Shown piece by piece: positions 63,601 through 64,000 of a DNA stretch of 64,000 nucleotides. This DNA is from Bacteroidota bacterium (GTDB taxonomy: Bacteria > Bacteroidota > Bacteroidia > 2-12-FULL-35-15). The translations under genes were made by a program, and so were the position numbers. The notes beneath the pieces are model-generated. The model made no database searches and was not told the origin of the DNA. It worked only from the letters and a program-made list of their open reading frames with translations. How positions within the stretch are numbered: position 1 is the stretch's first letter; each line of letters opens with the position of its first letter. The DNA lies in the NCBI GenBank assembly GCA_003151815.1, contig PLYN01000045.1, forward strand, positions 126,511 to 190,510, in the 5' to 3' direction.

Positions 63601-63782
63601 ATTAAACTGAAAAGGAAGATAATAGACAATAGCGAATAGCGAATAGATTTACGTTTAAAGTTTAAAGTTAGAAAATTTAAAGAATTGAGAAAATTTCGAA
63701 TAGAAAAAAAAGAACAAGGAATAACTCCCATGAACAGGCTTTTTACAACAATTATCAATTTATTTAAGTATTGTTTTATCAT
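60651..63782 (-). pseudogene. C-terminally truncated paralog of the giant glycine-rich T9SS protein (two Gly-rich domains, MBG-like domain, no CTD)
   Basis: Start MIKQYLNK parallels MIKSYPNK of the 2635-aa gene; same Gly-rich modules; stops at AAPAAPTS-MKSY with no sorting domain, followed by unrelated AT-rich DNA. Confidence 0.7.
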
Positions 63783-63789
63783 TTTACTA

Positions 63790-63817
63790 TAGTTAATAGG
63801 CAATAGCGAATAGTTAT
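63790..63817. repeat. Heptamer arm (TAGTTAA TAGGCAA TAGCGAA TAGTTAT) just upstream of the minus-strand ATG at 63782
   Basis: Period-7 repeat visible directly; the same family recurs at 63621-63648. Confidence 0.7.
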
Positions 63818-63955
63818 CAGGGAAATTTTCGCATTTAAAATTACAAATAATTTTTTCTAATCGATTTTACGGTAAAAAAGGATAAAGGTTTCAAAGTAAA
63901 GACAAAAGTTAAAAGTCAAAAACCAAGGGTGTGTATTAAGTTTAAAGTTTTGTTG

Positions 63956-64000
63956 CTAAGCTAATTTCTTTTCAATGAATATGGCAATAGCTTTTTCAAT
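63956..64000 (-). CDS. Possible 3' end of a gene beyond the window (…IEKAIAIFIEKKLA*)
   Basis: Open frame from the window edge to TAG at 63958-63956; too short to identify. Confidence 0.3.
   Translation of the reverse strand: MEKAIAIFIEKKLA

Noticed and set aside
41669..63782. Diversity-generating retroelement acting on the adhesins
   Set aside because: No reverse transcriptase and no template/variable repeat pair differing only at adenines was seen.

Overview
AT-rich bacterial chromosomal window, almost certainly Bacteroidota. Evidence: type IX secretion (T9SS) cargo proteins and PorP/PorG-type genes, TAnnTTTG -7 promoter boxes, and signal peptides cleaved before Gln. The first ~40 kb is mostly housekeeping and envelope genes: rnr, an ECF sigma pair, porG-like-uppS-bamA-skp-skp, lipB, PGI/PMI, lysS, gpsA, fadH, yraN, two pseudouridine synthases, AsmA, hemW and two-component genes. 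The last ~24 kb is a surface-protein region: porP with a 2349-aa type B CTD protein, a GIN-barrel fusion, a 2635-aa glycine-rich type A CTD protein, and a truncated paralog separated from it by two intact toxin-antitoxin pairs and one decayed pair. I saw no rRNA, tRNA, CRISPR array, integrase or transposase. Two unexplained signals stand out. (1) Many intergenic spaces are filled from stop codon to next start codon by inverted arrays of 7-9-nt repeats and REP-like palindromes. These are empty, nested, loaded with a GIY-YIG nuclease gene, or absorbed into coding sequence. (2) An ECF sigma factor is paired with an anti-sigma-like membrane protein that ends in a T9SS type B sorting domain. All family assignments come from motif recognition by eye, not database searches.
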